Below, one piece after another: positions 46,896 to 55,254 of a stretch of DNA of 64,000 nt. The notes under the pieces are model-generated. The model worked only from the letters and a program-made list of their open reading frames with translations, was not told where the DNA came from and searched no databases. How positions within the stretch are numbered: position 1 is the first letter of the stretch; each line of letters opens with the position of its first letter. Made by a program: the position numbers and the translations under genes. The stretch spans positions 311,064-375,063 of the forward strand of contig JAXLXO010000004.1 in assembly GCA_046327915.1 (NCBI GenBank). The letters are read 5' to 3'. Origin of the DNA: Candidatus Binatia bacterium. Lineage in GTDB: Bacteria > Desulfobacterota > Binatia > UBA12015.

Positions 46896-48932
46896 ATGCA
46901 CCGCCTGCGCTTCGAGCTCGAGGCGACCGCGCCCGGATCGTCCGCGCGCGCGGGACGCCTGCACACGCTGCACGGCGAGGTGCTCACGCCCGTGTTCATG
47001 CCGGTGGGCACGCAGGCGACCGTCAAGGGCCTGCCGGTGGAGGACCTGATCGAGTCCGGCGCGCAGGTCCTGCTCGCGAACGCGTACCACCTGCTGCTGC
47101 GGCCGGGACCCGAGGTCTTCCGGCACGTCGGCGGCATCCACCGCTTCATGAACTGGCAGCGCCCGATCCTGACGGACTCCGGCGGCTTCCAGGTGTTCTC
47201 GCTGCCCAACGAGCGCGTCATCACCGAGGACGGCGCCGTCTTCAAGAGCTACGTCGACGGGCGCACGATCGTGCTCAGCCCGGAGCACAGCATCGCCACG
47301 CAGCTCGCGATCGGCAGCGACATGCTGATGGCGATGGACGTCTGCGTGCCCTCGACGTCGGACCACGACACGGCTGCCGCGGCCATGGAGCGCACGCACC
47401 GCTGGGCGGCGCGCAGCCTCGACGCGCGCGGCGACGCGCCGCAGGCGCTGTTCGGCATCGTGCAGGGCGCGTGCTTCGACGACCTGCGCCGCGAGAGCGC
47501 CGACGTGCTCACGCGGATGACGTTCGACGGCTTCGCGGTCGGCGGGCTCGCGGTCGGCGAGACCAGGCACGAACGCGAGCGCTGCACGGCGCTGGTCACG
47601 GCGCTGCTGCCGCAGGATCGTCCGCGCTATCTGATGGGCGTCGGCACGCCGATCGACCTGCTCGAGGCGGTCGATCGCGGCATCGACATGTTCGACTGCA
47701 CGATCCCGTCGTCGCTCGCGAAGCAGGGCGTGGTCTACACGTCCACGGGACGCTTCGCGCTGTCGCGCGGCGTCTACAAGCTCGCCGACGTGCCGGTCGA
47801 CGCGCAGTGCCCCTGCTCCACCTGCGCGACCTACTCGCGGGCGTATCTGCACCACCTGATCAAGGCCGGCGAGCCGCTCGCGTGGACGCTGCTGACGCGC
47901 CACAACCTGCGCTTCTACCACGACCTGATGGCGGCGATGCGCGCGGCGATCCTCGACGGCACGTTCGCCGCGCTGCGCGACGAGCGGCGACCTCTGCTCG
48001 AGCGCATCGACGACGAGCACCCCGCGATCGTTCCCGTCGTGCGGCGGCGGCGCCGCGGCGAGGACGTGCTGGCGCGCTTCGACGTGCGCATCGCGGAGGA
48101 AGGACACGCGAGCATCGTCGACCGCGCGTCGGGCGAGATCATGCACGCGGGGCTCGACCCGCAGACCGAGGCGCGCGCTCTCTACGTCGAGCAGTCGCGT
48201 CTGGCGGAGCGCCTGCGCGAGACGGCGACGGAGCCGCTGGTGATCTGGGACGTCGGGCTCGGCGCCGCGCACAACGCGATGGCGGCGATCGAATGCATCG
48301 AGGCCGGTGACGAGACGCAGCGTCCGGTGCACCTCGTCAGCTTCGAGAACGACGTCGCGTCGCTGCGGCTCGCGCTGCGCAACGGCCCGCGCTTCCCGCA
48401 CCTGCGCGGCCCGGCGCCGGGCAAGCTGCTGCGCTTCGGCGAGTGGCGCGCGGAGGAGACGCCGCTGGTGTGGACGCTGCTGGAGGGCGACTTCCTCGAG
48501 CGCATGGGCGAGGCACCGCCACCCGACCTGATCTTCTGGGATCCGTTCTCGCCGAAGACCGACACGCCGCTCTGGACGCTCGACTGCTTCGAGCGCGTGT
48601 TCGCCGCGTGCGCCGACCGCGACGTCGAGCTGTTCACGTACTCTACGTCGACCGCGATCCGCGCGGCGCTGGTCGCGGCGGGATTCGTGATCGCGCGCGG
48701 CGCGCCGACGGGACCGAAGGCGGAGACCACGCTCGCAATGACGCCTGCCGCGTTCGCGCACGCGGCGCGGCGCGGGCGCGACCCGTTCGGCGCCGAGTGG
48801 CTCGACCGCTGGCGCCGCAGCGACGCGCGCTGGCCGTCCGACGTCACGGCCGAAACGCGCGACGCCTTCGCCGAGCGCATCCTCGGCGCGCTGCAGCTGC
48901 GCGGTACGGGGTCCCGTCAAGCCAGCGAGTGA
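46896..48932 (+). CDS. tgt: queuine tRNA-ribosyltransferase fused to C-terminal MnmC-like (DUF752) methyltransferase domain
   Basis: Residues 1-370 show Tgt motifs ('FMPVGT', 'LLANAYHL', 'TDSGGFQ', 'MGVGTP', Zn site 'CPCSTCATYSRAYLHH'). Residues about 430-678 look like a MnmC N-terminal methyltransferase domain ('IWDVGLGAAHN', 'LIFWDPFSPKTDTPLWT', 'TYSTSTAIRAALVAAGF'). Confidence 0.8.
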   Translation: MHRLRFELEATAPGSSARAGRLHTLHGEVLTPVFMPVGTQATVKGLPVEDLIESGAQVLLANAYHLLLRPGPEVFRHVGGIHRFMNWQRPILTDSGGFQVFSLPNERVITEDGAVFKSYVDGRTIVLSPEHSIATQLAIGSDMLMAMDVCVPSTSDHDTAAAAMERTHRWAARSLDARGDAPQALFGIVQGACFDDLRRESADVLTRMTFDGFAVGGLAVGETRHERERCTALVTALLPQDRPRYLMGVGTPIDLLEAVDRGIDMFDCTIPSSLAKQGVVYTSTGRFALSRGVYKLADVPVDAQCPCSTCATYSRAYLHHLIKAGEPLAWTLLTRHNLRFYHDLMAAMRAAILDGTFAALRDERRPLLERIDDEHPAIVPVVRRRRRGEDVLARFDVRIAEEGHASIVDRASGEIMHAGLDPQTEARALYVEQSRLAERLRETATEPLVIWDVGLGAAHNAMAAIECIEAGDETQRPVHLVSFENDVASLRLALRNGPRFPHLRGPAPGKLLRFGEWRAEETPLVWTLLEGDFLERMGEAPPPDLIFWDPFSPKTDTPLWTLDCFERVFAACADRDVELFTYSTSTAIRAALVAAGFVIARGAPTGPKAETTLAMTPAAFAHAARRGRDPFGAEWLDRWRRSDARWPSDVTAETRDAFAERILGALQLRGTGSRQASE

Positions 48933-49456
48933 CGCTCGACGGTGCCGGTCAGCGTCGCGTCGCCGACGGTGACGTAGAGCGTGCGGTCGGTCACGGTCAC
49001 GCCGAGCTTCATGCGACGCTCGAGTCGCGCCGCGAGCTCCGCGAGCAGCGCACGATCGACGGCATGGATCTCGAGCGCGTCGGCCTTGTGGATGCGCTCG
49101 CTCTCGAGCTGACGCACCAGCAACGCGGGATCCTTGTGCGTGTAGACCGCGACGCGCGGCGCCGCCTTGCTCGCCTTGTGCAGCCGCGTCGCGTCGGGTG
49201 AGCCGACCTCGATCCACGCCTGCAGCGCGCCCGTCAGGTCGCGCACCATCAGCGCCGGCTCGTCGGGCTCGGCGAGACCGCGCGACATCTCCAGCCCTTC
49301 CGTGTACTCGAGGCAGTACGCGAGCACGCGCGTCAGCAGATATTCCGCCGTCTCCGACGGATGGCGCGCCGCGCGCAGCGCGAGCGTCGCGTAGACGCCG
49401 CGGTCGACGTCGGAGAGCTCGACCTCGAAGCTGTAGACGGTCGCGTTCAGCGCCAC
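48917..49456 (-). CDS. yaeQ: YaeQ-family protein
   Basis: 'MALNATVYSFEVELSDVDRGVY…' is a typical YaeQ N-terminus; 179 aa. Confidence 0.75.
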   Translation of the reverse strand: MALNATVYSFEVELSDVDRGVYATLALRAARHPSETAEYLLTRVLAYCLEYTEGLEMSRGLAEPDEPALMVRDLTGALQAWIEVGSPDATRLHKASKAAPRVAVYTHKDPALLVRQLESERIHKADALEIHAVDRALLAELAARLERRMKLGVTVTDRTLYVTVGDATLTGTVERHSLA

Positions 49457-49493
49457 GGCGTCGGTGTCCTGCGGGCGTGCGGACGGACCGGCG

Positions 49494-50672
49494 TCAATTG
49501 CGCGCCGCGATCGAGACCACGTCCGCGGGCTGCGCCGTCGTCAAGTAGCTGCGCGCCGCCTCGTCGCCCTGCAGCTCGGCGAGGAAGAACGCCGTCACGT
49601 ACGCCTGTCCGATCGCGATGCCCTCGTCGATCGGCAGGTACGTGAACGCCTCGCCCGGCACGGTCTGCCGCACGCCCTCGCCGCAGCCGGGCGTGAAGTT
49701 GTCGCCGAGGTGGCAGATGTTCGAGAACGACCAGTGGCCCGCGTCGGCGACCTCGACCTTGCGGATCGGACCCGGCGCCTGGTCGAAGTTGAGACGGATG
49801 AACTGGTTGCCGATCTCGCCGATGCTGTTGTCCTCGCGCGCGACCAGATAGAGCACCGGCTGCCCGATGCCGCTCATCGACACGCCGGTGAGCAGCGGGT
49901 TCTCGAACGGTGCCGCGATGCCGAGCCCGGCGACGAAGCGCTTGTCGTCCTGCAGCACGAGCCCGGTCGTGACCGAGCCGAAGCTGTGTCCGAAGACGCC
50001 GAGGCGGCTCTCGTCGAGCGCGCCGCGCAGCGACGCGGGCAGCTGCTCCGCGCCGTTCGTGCCGGCCAGCAGCGCCGTCGTGACGAAGCGGATGTCGGCG
50101 GCGCGGACCTGCAGCACGTCGGTGGTGAGCGGCAGCGTCGGGTCGAACAGCGTGTCGCCGGCGTGGTCGGGTGCCGCGACGACGAAGCCGTGGCTCGCGA
50201 GACGCTCCGCGATCGAGAAGCTCGAGAAGCGGAAGCACTCGAAGCAGTGCGAGAACACCAGCAGCGGGTAGCCGTCCTTCGTGCTCGCCGGTGCGGCGTC
50301 GCGCGCGGCGTGCGTGCGGCGGCTCGGTCCCGGATCGGGCGACTCGGCGAGCAGCGCCGCGTAGCGTGCGCGATCGTCGGCCGACGCGAAGAAGTCCTCG
50401 ACCGGCGCGCCCTTCTCGGCCGCGGCGCGCGCGCTCGCGACCGCGGGATACCAGACCTCGACGGTCAGCGAGCGTCCCCGCGCCTGATCGGTGAGAACGA
50501 TCGTCGTGCTCGCGGGCGGGTACGGACCGGCCCCGTCGGGCGCCGCGGCGCCGCCGCCCGAGGACGTGCTGCCGCAGCCCCACGCCGTGGCGACGATCAG
50601 CGCCGCGAGCAGCAGCTTGACGGGACGTCGGTTCCGGTGCGGGAGCGGGTGGCGGCGGGTCGCGTGCGGCAT
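49494..50672 (-). CDS. alpha/beta-hydrolase lipoprotein (PAF-acetylhydrolase/lipase-like)
   Basis: Lipobox 'ATAWGCGS'. Nucleophile elbow 'GHSFG'. The Arg-rich 5' part of ORF 49494..52595 was rejected. Confidence 0.65.
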   Translation of the reverse strand: MPHATRRHPLPHRNRRPVKLLLAALIVATAWGCGSTSSGGGAAAPDGAGPYPPASTTIVLTDQARGRSLTVEVWYPAVASARAAAEKGAPVEDFFASADDRARYAALLAESPDPGPSRRTHAARDAAPASTKDGYPLLVFSHCFECFRFSSFSIAERLASHGFVVAAPDHAGDTLFDPTLPLTTDVLQVRAADIRFVTTALLAGTNGAEQLPASLRGALDESRLGVFGHSFGSVTTGLVLQDDKRFVAGLGIAAPFENPLLTGVSMSGIGQPVLYLVAREDNSIGEIGNQFIRLNFDQAPGPIRKVEVADAGHWSFSNICHLGDNFTPGCGEGVRQTVPGEAFTYLPIDEGIAIGQAYVTAFFLAELQGDEAARSYLTTAQPADVVSIAARN

Positions 50673-50765
50673 GGGCGCGGGTTCTAGCCGAACCGGCGCG
50701 CGCGGAGAAGCCGGGAACGTGCGGCGCCGCTTGGCAGGGCCGGAGACCTGGGCTAGGTCGGCGGA

Positions 50766-51632
50766 ATGGCGACGACACTCGACGTGAAGCGTCTTTCGGG
50801 CTCGCTGGGCGCGGAGATCCGCGGAATCGACGTCGCGAAGGCCGGCCCTGCCGACGCCGACGCGATCCTGAAGCTGATCGCCGAGCACCTCGTGCTCTTC
50901 TTTCCCGACCAGCACCCGACCCCCGACGAGCACATCGCCTTCGGACGCCTGTTCGGGAAGCTCGAGGGACACCCCAATCTGGCGATGGACAAGGAGCGCC
51001 CCGAGTTCTTCGAGCTGCGCGCCGAGAGCGGCGCCGGAGCCGTCGCCGACGAGTGGCACAGCGACTTGACGTGCGCCGCCGAGCCTTCGGTCTACGCGAT
51101 CCTGCACATGCGCAAGTGCCCGCCGGTCGGCGGCGACACGCTGTGGGCCAGCATGTACAAGGCGTACGAGGAGCTCTCGCAGCCGATGAAGGACCTCTGC
51201 GAAGGTCTCAGCGCGCTGCACGACGCGAGCCCGCACTACACGCCCGAGCGCAAGGCGATCCATCCCGTCGTGCGCGTGCACCCGGTGACGGGACGCAAGT
51301 CGCTGTTCGTGAACGAGCACTTCACGCGCCGCATCGTCGAGCTGAGCCACGAGGAGAGCGAGGTGCTGCTCGCGTACTTGACGCGGCACGCGACGCGCGA
51401 CCGCTTCAGCGTGCGCTACCGCTGGACCGAGGGCACGATCGCGATGTGGGACAATCGCTGCACGCAGCACCACGTGCTCAACGACTTCGACGGCGAGCGC
51501 GTGATCCAGCGCGTGACCGTGATGGGGGATCGTCCGCAGCCCGCGTCGCCGCCGCGCTACGTGCCGTACAAGGACAAGTTCACCTCCGGCAGCTGGCGCG
51601 ACCAGCCGCTGCGGCAGTTCCTGCGCGGGTAG
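50766..51632 (+). CDS. TauD/TfdA-family Fe(II)/2-oxoglutarate dioxygenase
   Basis: 'WHSDLT' (HxD), 'GGDTLWASM', distal His in 'HPVVRVHP'. 288 aa. Confidence 0.8.
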   Translation: MATTLDVKRLSGSLGAEIRGIDVAKAGPADADAILKLIAEHLVLFFPDQHPTPDEHIAFGRLFGKLEGHPNLAMDKERPEFFELRAESGAGAVADEWHSDLTCAAEPSVYAILHMRKCPPVGGDTLWASMYKAYEELSQPMKDLCEGLSALHDASPHYTPERKAIHPVVRVHPVTGRKSLFVNEHFTRRIVELSHEESEVLLAYLTRHATRDRFSVRYRWTEGTIAMWDNRCTQHHVLNDFDGERVIQRVTVMGDRPQPASPPRYVPYKDKFTSGSWRDQPLRQFLRG

Positions 51633-51638
51633 TAGCAA

Positions 51639-51660
51639 CGAGGGGTCACGCGACCCCTCG
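51639..51660 (+). terminator. GC-rich hairpin immediately after the tauD-like stop
   Basis: 'cgaggggtc acgc gacccctcg' has a perfect 9-bp stem and a 4-nt loop, 7 nt after the stop. There is no T-tract. Confidence 0.4.
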
Positions 51661-51830
51661 CCCCACGCGGCGAAGCCGCGCGGAGCCCCACTCCCCGCGC
51701 TCGCTGTCGCTCGGCCGCGCGCGGAGACCCGCGGCCGGGGACCGGCGGCGCGGCAACGGGCAACGGATCGGGAATGCCGCAGCTCGGCACCCGCGTGGTC
51801 CCGGCGCACCGGCCGTAGTATGCAGCCGGG

Positions 51831-52610
51831 ATGCTGATCCTCTTCGAGCACCCGCTGTCGCCGTACGCGCAGAAGGTCAAGATCGCGCTCTACGAGAAGG
51901 GCATCCCGTTCGAGGCGAAGACCCCGGACCTGTTCGGCCAGACCGAGCAGGCCTTCCTCGACTCGAGCCCGCGCCGCGAGGTGCCGAGCCTGGTCGACGA
52001 CGGCTTCACCGTCTTCGACTCGACGATCATCCTCGAGTACCTCGAGGATCGCTTCCCCGAGCCGCGACTGCTGCCGCCGACGCCGCAGGACCGTGCGCGC
52101 GTGCGCATGCTCGAGGAGATCTGCGACACGTACTACGAGGCGATCAACTGGGGCATGGCCGAGATCCTGGTGTTCGGCCGCGCGCAGGGCGAACTGGCGC
52201 AGCAGATGACGGCGCGCGCGGCGGAGCAGACCGCGGGCCTGCACCGCTGGCTCGAGCGCGAGCTCGGCGCGCGCGAGTGGTTCAACGGCGCCGCGTTCGG
52301 CTGGGGCGACCTGTGCGTCTACCCGTACGTCGCCGCATCGGCGAACTGGGGATTCGCGGCACCCGCGGGATCGCGGCTCGCCGCATGGCTGGAGCGCGTC
52401 GCGGCGCGCGACGGCACGAAGAAGTGCGCCGAGGCGGTGGCGACGGTGATGGCGTCCTTCCAGAATCTCGACCCGCTCGTCGAGTCGGGCGTGTTCGTCC
52501 GCGAGTACCGCGACCATCGACTGGAGTGGATGATCCGCTCCGGCGGCATCGAGGTCATTCGCGAGGGGCTCGCCCGGAAGAACATCCGCTTCCACGTCGA
52601 GATCGATTGA
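51831..52610 (+). CDS. glutathione S-transferase-family protein
   Basis: 'MLILFEHPLSPYAQKVKIALYEKGIPFE' is a thioredoxin-like GST N-domain, followed by a C-terminal helical domain. Confidence 0.75.
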   Translation: MLILFEHPLSPYAQKVKIALYEKGIPFEAKTPDLFGQTEQAFLDSSPRREVPSLVDDGFTVFDSTIILEYLEDRFPEPRLLPPTPQDRARVRMLEEICDTYYEAINWGMAEILVFGRAQGELAQQMTARAAEQTAGLHRWLERELGAREWFNGAAFGWGDLCVYPYVAASANWGFAAPAGSRLAAWLERVAARDGTKKCAEAVATVMASFQNLDPLVESGVFVREYRDHRLEWMIRSGGIEVIREGLARKNIRFHVEID

Positions 52611-52618
52611 CGCGTGCG

Positions 52619-53506
52619 ATGAGCGACTCCCTGCAGCGGCTCCTCGACGTCCTCGACCTCGAGCGCATCGAGGCCAATCTCTTCCGCGGCCAGAACCCGA
52701 AGGACCTGCGGCGCCGGCTCTTCGGCGGGCAGGTGCTCGCGCAGGGACTCGTCGCGGCGATGCGCACCGTCGAGGGGCGCCTCGCGCACTCGCTGCACGC
52801 GTACTTCCTGCGCCCCGGCGACGCGCGCGTGCCGACGATCTTCGAGGTCGACCGCGTGCGCGACGGCGGCACGTACACGACGCGTCTGGTGAAGGCGATC
52901 CAGCACGGCGAGGCGATCCTCAACATGTCGGTCTCGTTCCAGGTCGAGACCGAGGGCCTCGAACACCAGATCGCCATGCCGGACGAGCCGAAGGAGCCGG
53001 GCGGCATCCTCTACGAGGAGGAGATGAAGAGCGGCGTCGAGGCGCTCGGCTTCGCGCCGCCCGAGGGCGACATGCTGTTCGACCCGCCGGTCGAGATCCG
53101 CACGCCGGGCGGGCTGCGCATGTTCGATCCGGCGGAGCGCGCGCCGCACACCAGCAGCTGGGTGCGCGCCAAGGGCCGCCTGCCCGACGATCCCGCGATC
53201 CACCAGTGCGTGCTCGCGTACGCGTCCGACATGACGCTGCTGTCGAACGCGGTGAACGCGCACCCGATCGCGGTGACGTCGACGAGCTTCCAGTCGGCCT
53301 CCCTCGACCACGCCATGTGGTTCCACCGCCCGTTCCGCATCGACGACTGGCTGCTCTACGTGATGGACAGCCCGGTGAGCGCGCGACAGCGCGGCTTCTG
53401 CCGCGGCACGTTCTTCACCCGCGACGGGCAGCTGGTCGCGTCCTGCGCGCAGGAGGGGATGATCCGCGTCCGCCGCGGCAAGGGACAAGATCAAACGTCG
53501 CAGTGA
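52619..53506 (+). CDS. tesB: acyl-CoA thioesterase II
   Basis: 'LFRGQNPKDLRRRLFGGQVLAQ', 'HSLHAYFLRPGD', 'HAMWFHRPF' are TesB double-hotdog motifs. The start coordinate may be off by one. Confidence 0.8.
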   Translation: MSDSLQRLLDVLDLERIEANLFRGQNPKDLRRRLFGGQVLAQGLVAAMRTVEGRLAHSLHAYFLRPGDARVPTIFEVDRVRDGGTYTTRLVKAIQHGEAILNMSVSFQVETEGLEHQIAMPDEPKEPGGILYEEEMKSGVEALGFAPPEGDMLFDPPVEIRTPGGLRMFDPAERAPHTSSWVRAKGRLPDDPAIHQCVLAYASDMTLLSNAVNAHPIAVTSTSFQSASLDHAMWFHRPFRIDDWLLYVMDSPVSARQRGFCRGTFFTRDGQLVASCAQEGMIRVRRGKGQDQTSQ

Positions 53507-53648
53507 CCGCTGGACAGCCCCCCGCTCGTTTGCCATCAACGCCCGACCCACCGGCGACCAGGCGCGCATCGCTCCATCCGTGCGCGAAACCGGCGACACC
53601 ACCCGACCTGCCGGTGGGCGGACCATCGAAACACGGAGGGGGCGACAG

Positions 53649-54614
53649 ATGAGGAACCTTTTCAACACCCGGTCACGCGGAGTCCGCCACGCGGTCGCGA
53701 TGCTCGCCGTCGCACTGGCACTGCCGTGCAGCGCCGTCTTCGCGCAGGACGCCGAGGAGACGCTCGACGAGGAGTCCGCGCCGCAGGCCGGCTTCGTCGG
53801 CGAGGTCGGCTACGCGTGGCAGGGCGAGTCGGACATCGACGGCGGCGGCGGCGCGAGCATGCACGTCAATCGCTTCGACGTCGGTCTCCTCGGCCGGCTC
53901 GACTTCGCGGAGCGCTTCCGCTGGACCAACTCGCTCTTCTACGCCGCGAACGACTACAAGTTCGACGGTGCCGGATTCTCCGCCGGCAATCCGTGGGGCA
54001 CCGTCAATACCCTGCGGCTGCAGACCAAGCTGCGCTTCGCGATCGACGAGCAGTGGGGCATCTCGGCCGGCGGCGTGTTCACGTTCGCGCCCGAGAGCGG
54101 CGCCGACTGGGGCGACAGCTTCACCGGCGGCGGCCTGCTCGCGGCGGACTACCGCGCAAGCAAGGATTTCATGGTGAGCCTCGGCGCCGCCGTGGTGAGC
54201 CAGATCGAGGACGACGCGCGCGTCGTGCCGTCGGTGATCATGGTGTGGACGCCGCAGGACGAGTGGGCGGTGCGCGTCGGTGCGGTGCCGGCGAGCGGCG
54301 GTGCCGCGGCCGCGGCCGAAGTCGCCTACCGCATCGCGGAGCCGGTCGAGATCGGACTCGGCGCGCTCTACAACCAGCGCCGCTTCCGTCTCGACGACGG
54401 CGGCCCCGCGCCCGACGGCGTCGGCGAGGACAACAACCTGCCCGTGCGCCTGCGGCTCGGCTGGAACGCGCTGCCGAACCTGTCCTTCAACGCGCTCGCC
54501 GGTGTCGCGCTCGCGGGATCGCTGCAGCTCGACGACCGGTCGGGCAACACGCTCCGGGATCAGAACTACGACCCGGCCCCGTACGTCGGCATGCGCATGA
54601 TCGGCTCGCTCTGA
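53649..54614 (+). CDS. outer-membrane beta-barrel protein (hypothetical)
   Basis: Signal peptide with 'AVFAQDA' cleavage site. Alternating amphipathic beta-strand pattern. Strong GGAGGGGG RBS. No C-terminal Phe. Confidence 0.55.
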   Translation: MRNLFNTRSRGVRHAVAMLAVALALPCSAVFAQDAEETLDEESAPQAGFVGEVGYAWQGESDIDGGGGASMHVNRFDVGLLGRLDFAERFRWTNSLFYAANDYKFDGAGFSAGNPWGTVNTLRLQTKLRFAIDEQWGISAGGVFTFAPESGADWGDSFTGGGLLAADYRASKDFMVSLGAAVVSQIEDDARVVPSVIMVWTPQDEWAVRVGAVPASGGAAAAAEVAYRIAEPVEIGLGALYNQRRFRLDDGGPAPDGVGEDNNLPVRLRLGWNALPNLSFNALAGVALAGSLQLDDRSGNTLRDQNYDPAPYVGMRMIGSL

Positions 54615-54642
54615 GGCGGCGCCGTCGCCGCGCCGGAAGACC

Positions 54643-55221
54643 TCAGCGGACTTCCGGCGCGGCGCGCTGCGGACGCGCGTCGACGAGGTGCACCGACATC
54701 GCGCCCAGGCGCTCGAAGAGCGCCGCCTCGTCGCGGATCGGCCACCAGTCGTAGAGGAAGATCTCGAGCGGCCGCCACAGCGCGATCGCGCCGCCGACGA
54801 GCAGGCTCTCGCGCAGAAGCTCGCCGAACGCCCCGTGCCCGACCATCTCCATCACCAGGTCGCCGAGCAGGATCGCCGTGCCGAGGAAGGCCACGCCGAT
54901 CGCGAGGCACGTCCGGCCGAGGCGGAACAGGCGCTTCAGCCGGTGCCGCTCGCTCACCGCGCGGTGCGAGAAGAACTCGTGCACGGCCTGCCCGAGCACG
55001 GCGCGATCCTCCTCGCGCGGTGCCTCGCCGCCGAGATGGACGACGAGCGCGAGCGGGCGGCGCCGGTCGACGTCGCGGCTCCACTCGAGGATGAACGCCT
55101 CCGCGTTCGGATCGAGGTCGCGATCTCGGAACGGTGCCGCGTCCATGGCGTTGAAGAGCTGCTTGAGCTCGTTGACGCGGAGCTCGATGCGCGCGGCGTT
55201 TGCGGGGATCGGCGCGGTCAT
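54643..55221 (-). CDS. hypothetical membrane protein
   Basis: 192 aa with normal composition and two hydrophobic helices (…TCLAIGVAFLGTAILLGDLVMEMVG…, …LLVGGAIALWRPLEIFLYDWW…). The upstream part of ORF 54643..57156 was rejected as antisense to the mlaA-fusion gene. Confidence 0.45.
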   Translation of the reverse strand: MTAPIPANAARIELRVNELKQLFNAMDAAPFRDRDLDPNAEAFILEWSRDVDRRRPLALVVHLGGEAPREEDRAVLGQAVHEFFSHRAVSERHRLKRLFRLGRTCLAIGVAFLGTAILLGDLVMEMVGHGAFGELLRESLLVGGAIALWRPLEIFLYDWWPIRDEAALFERLGAMSVHLVDARPQRAAPEVR

Positions 55222-55254
55222 GAATCGGCCCTCTGATAGGAAGTGGAGCTCGAG

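Noticed and set aside
46809-49217. 802-aa minus-strand ORF
   Set aside because: Antisense to the tgt fusion gene.
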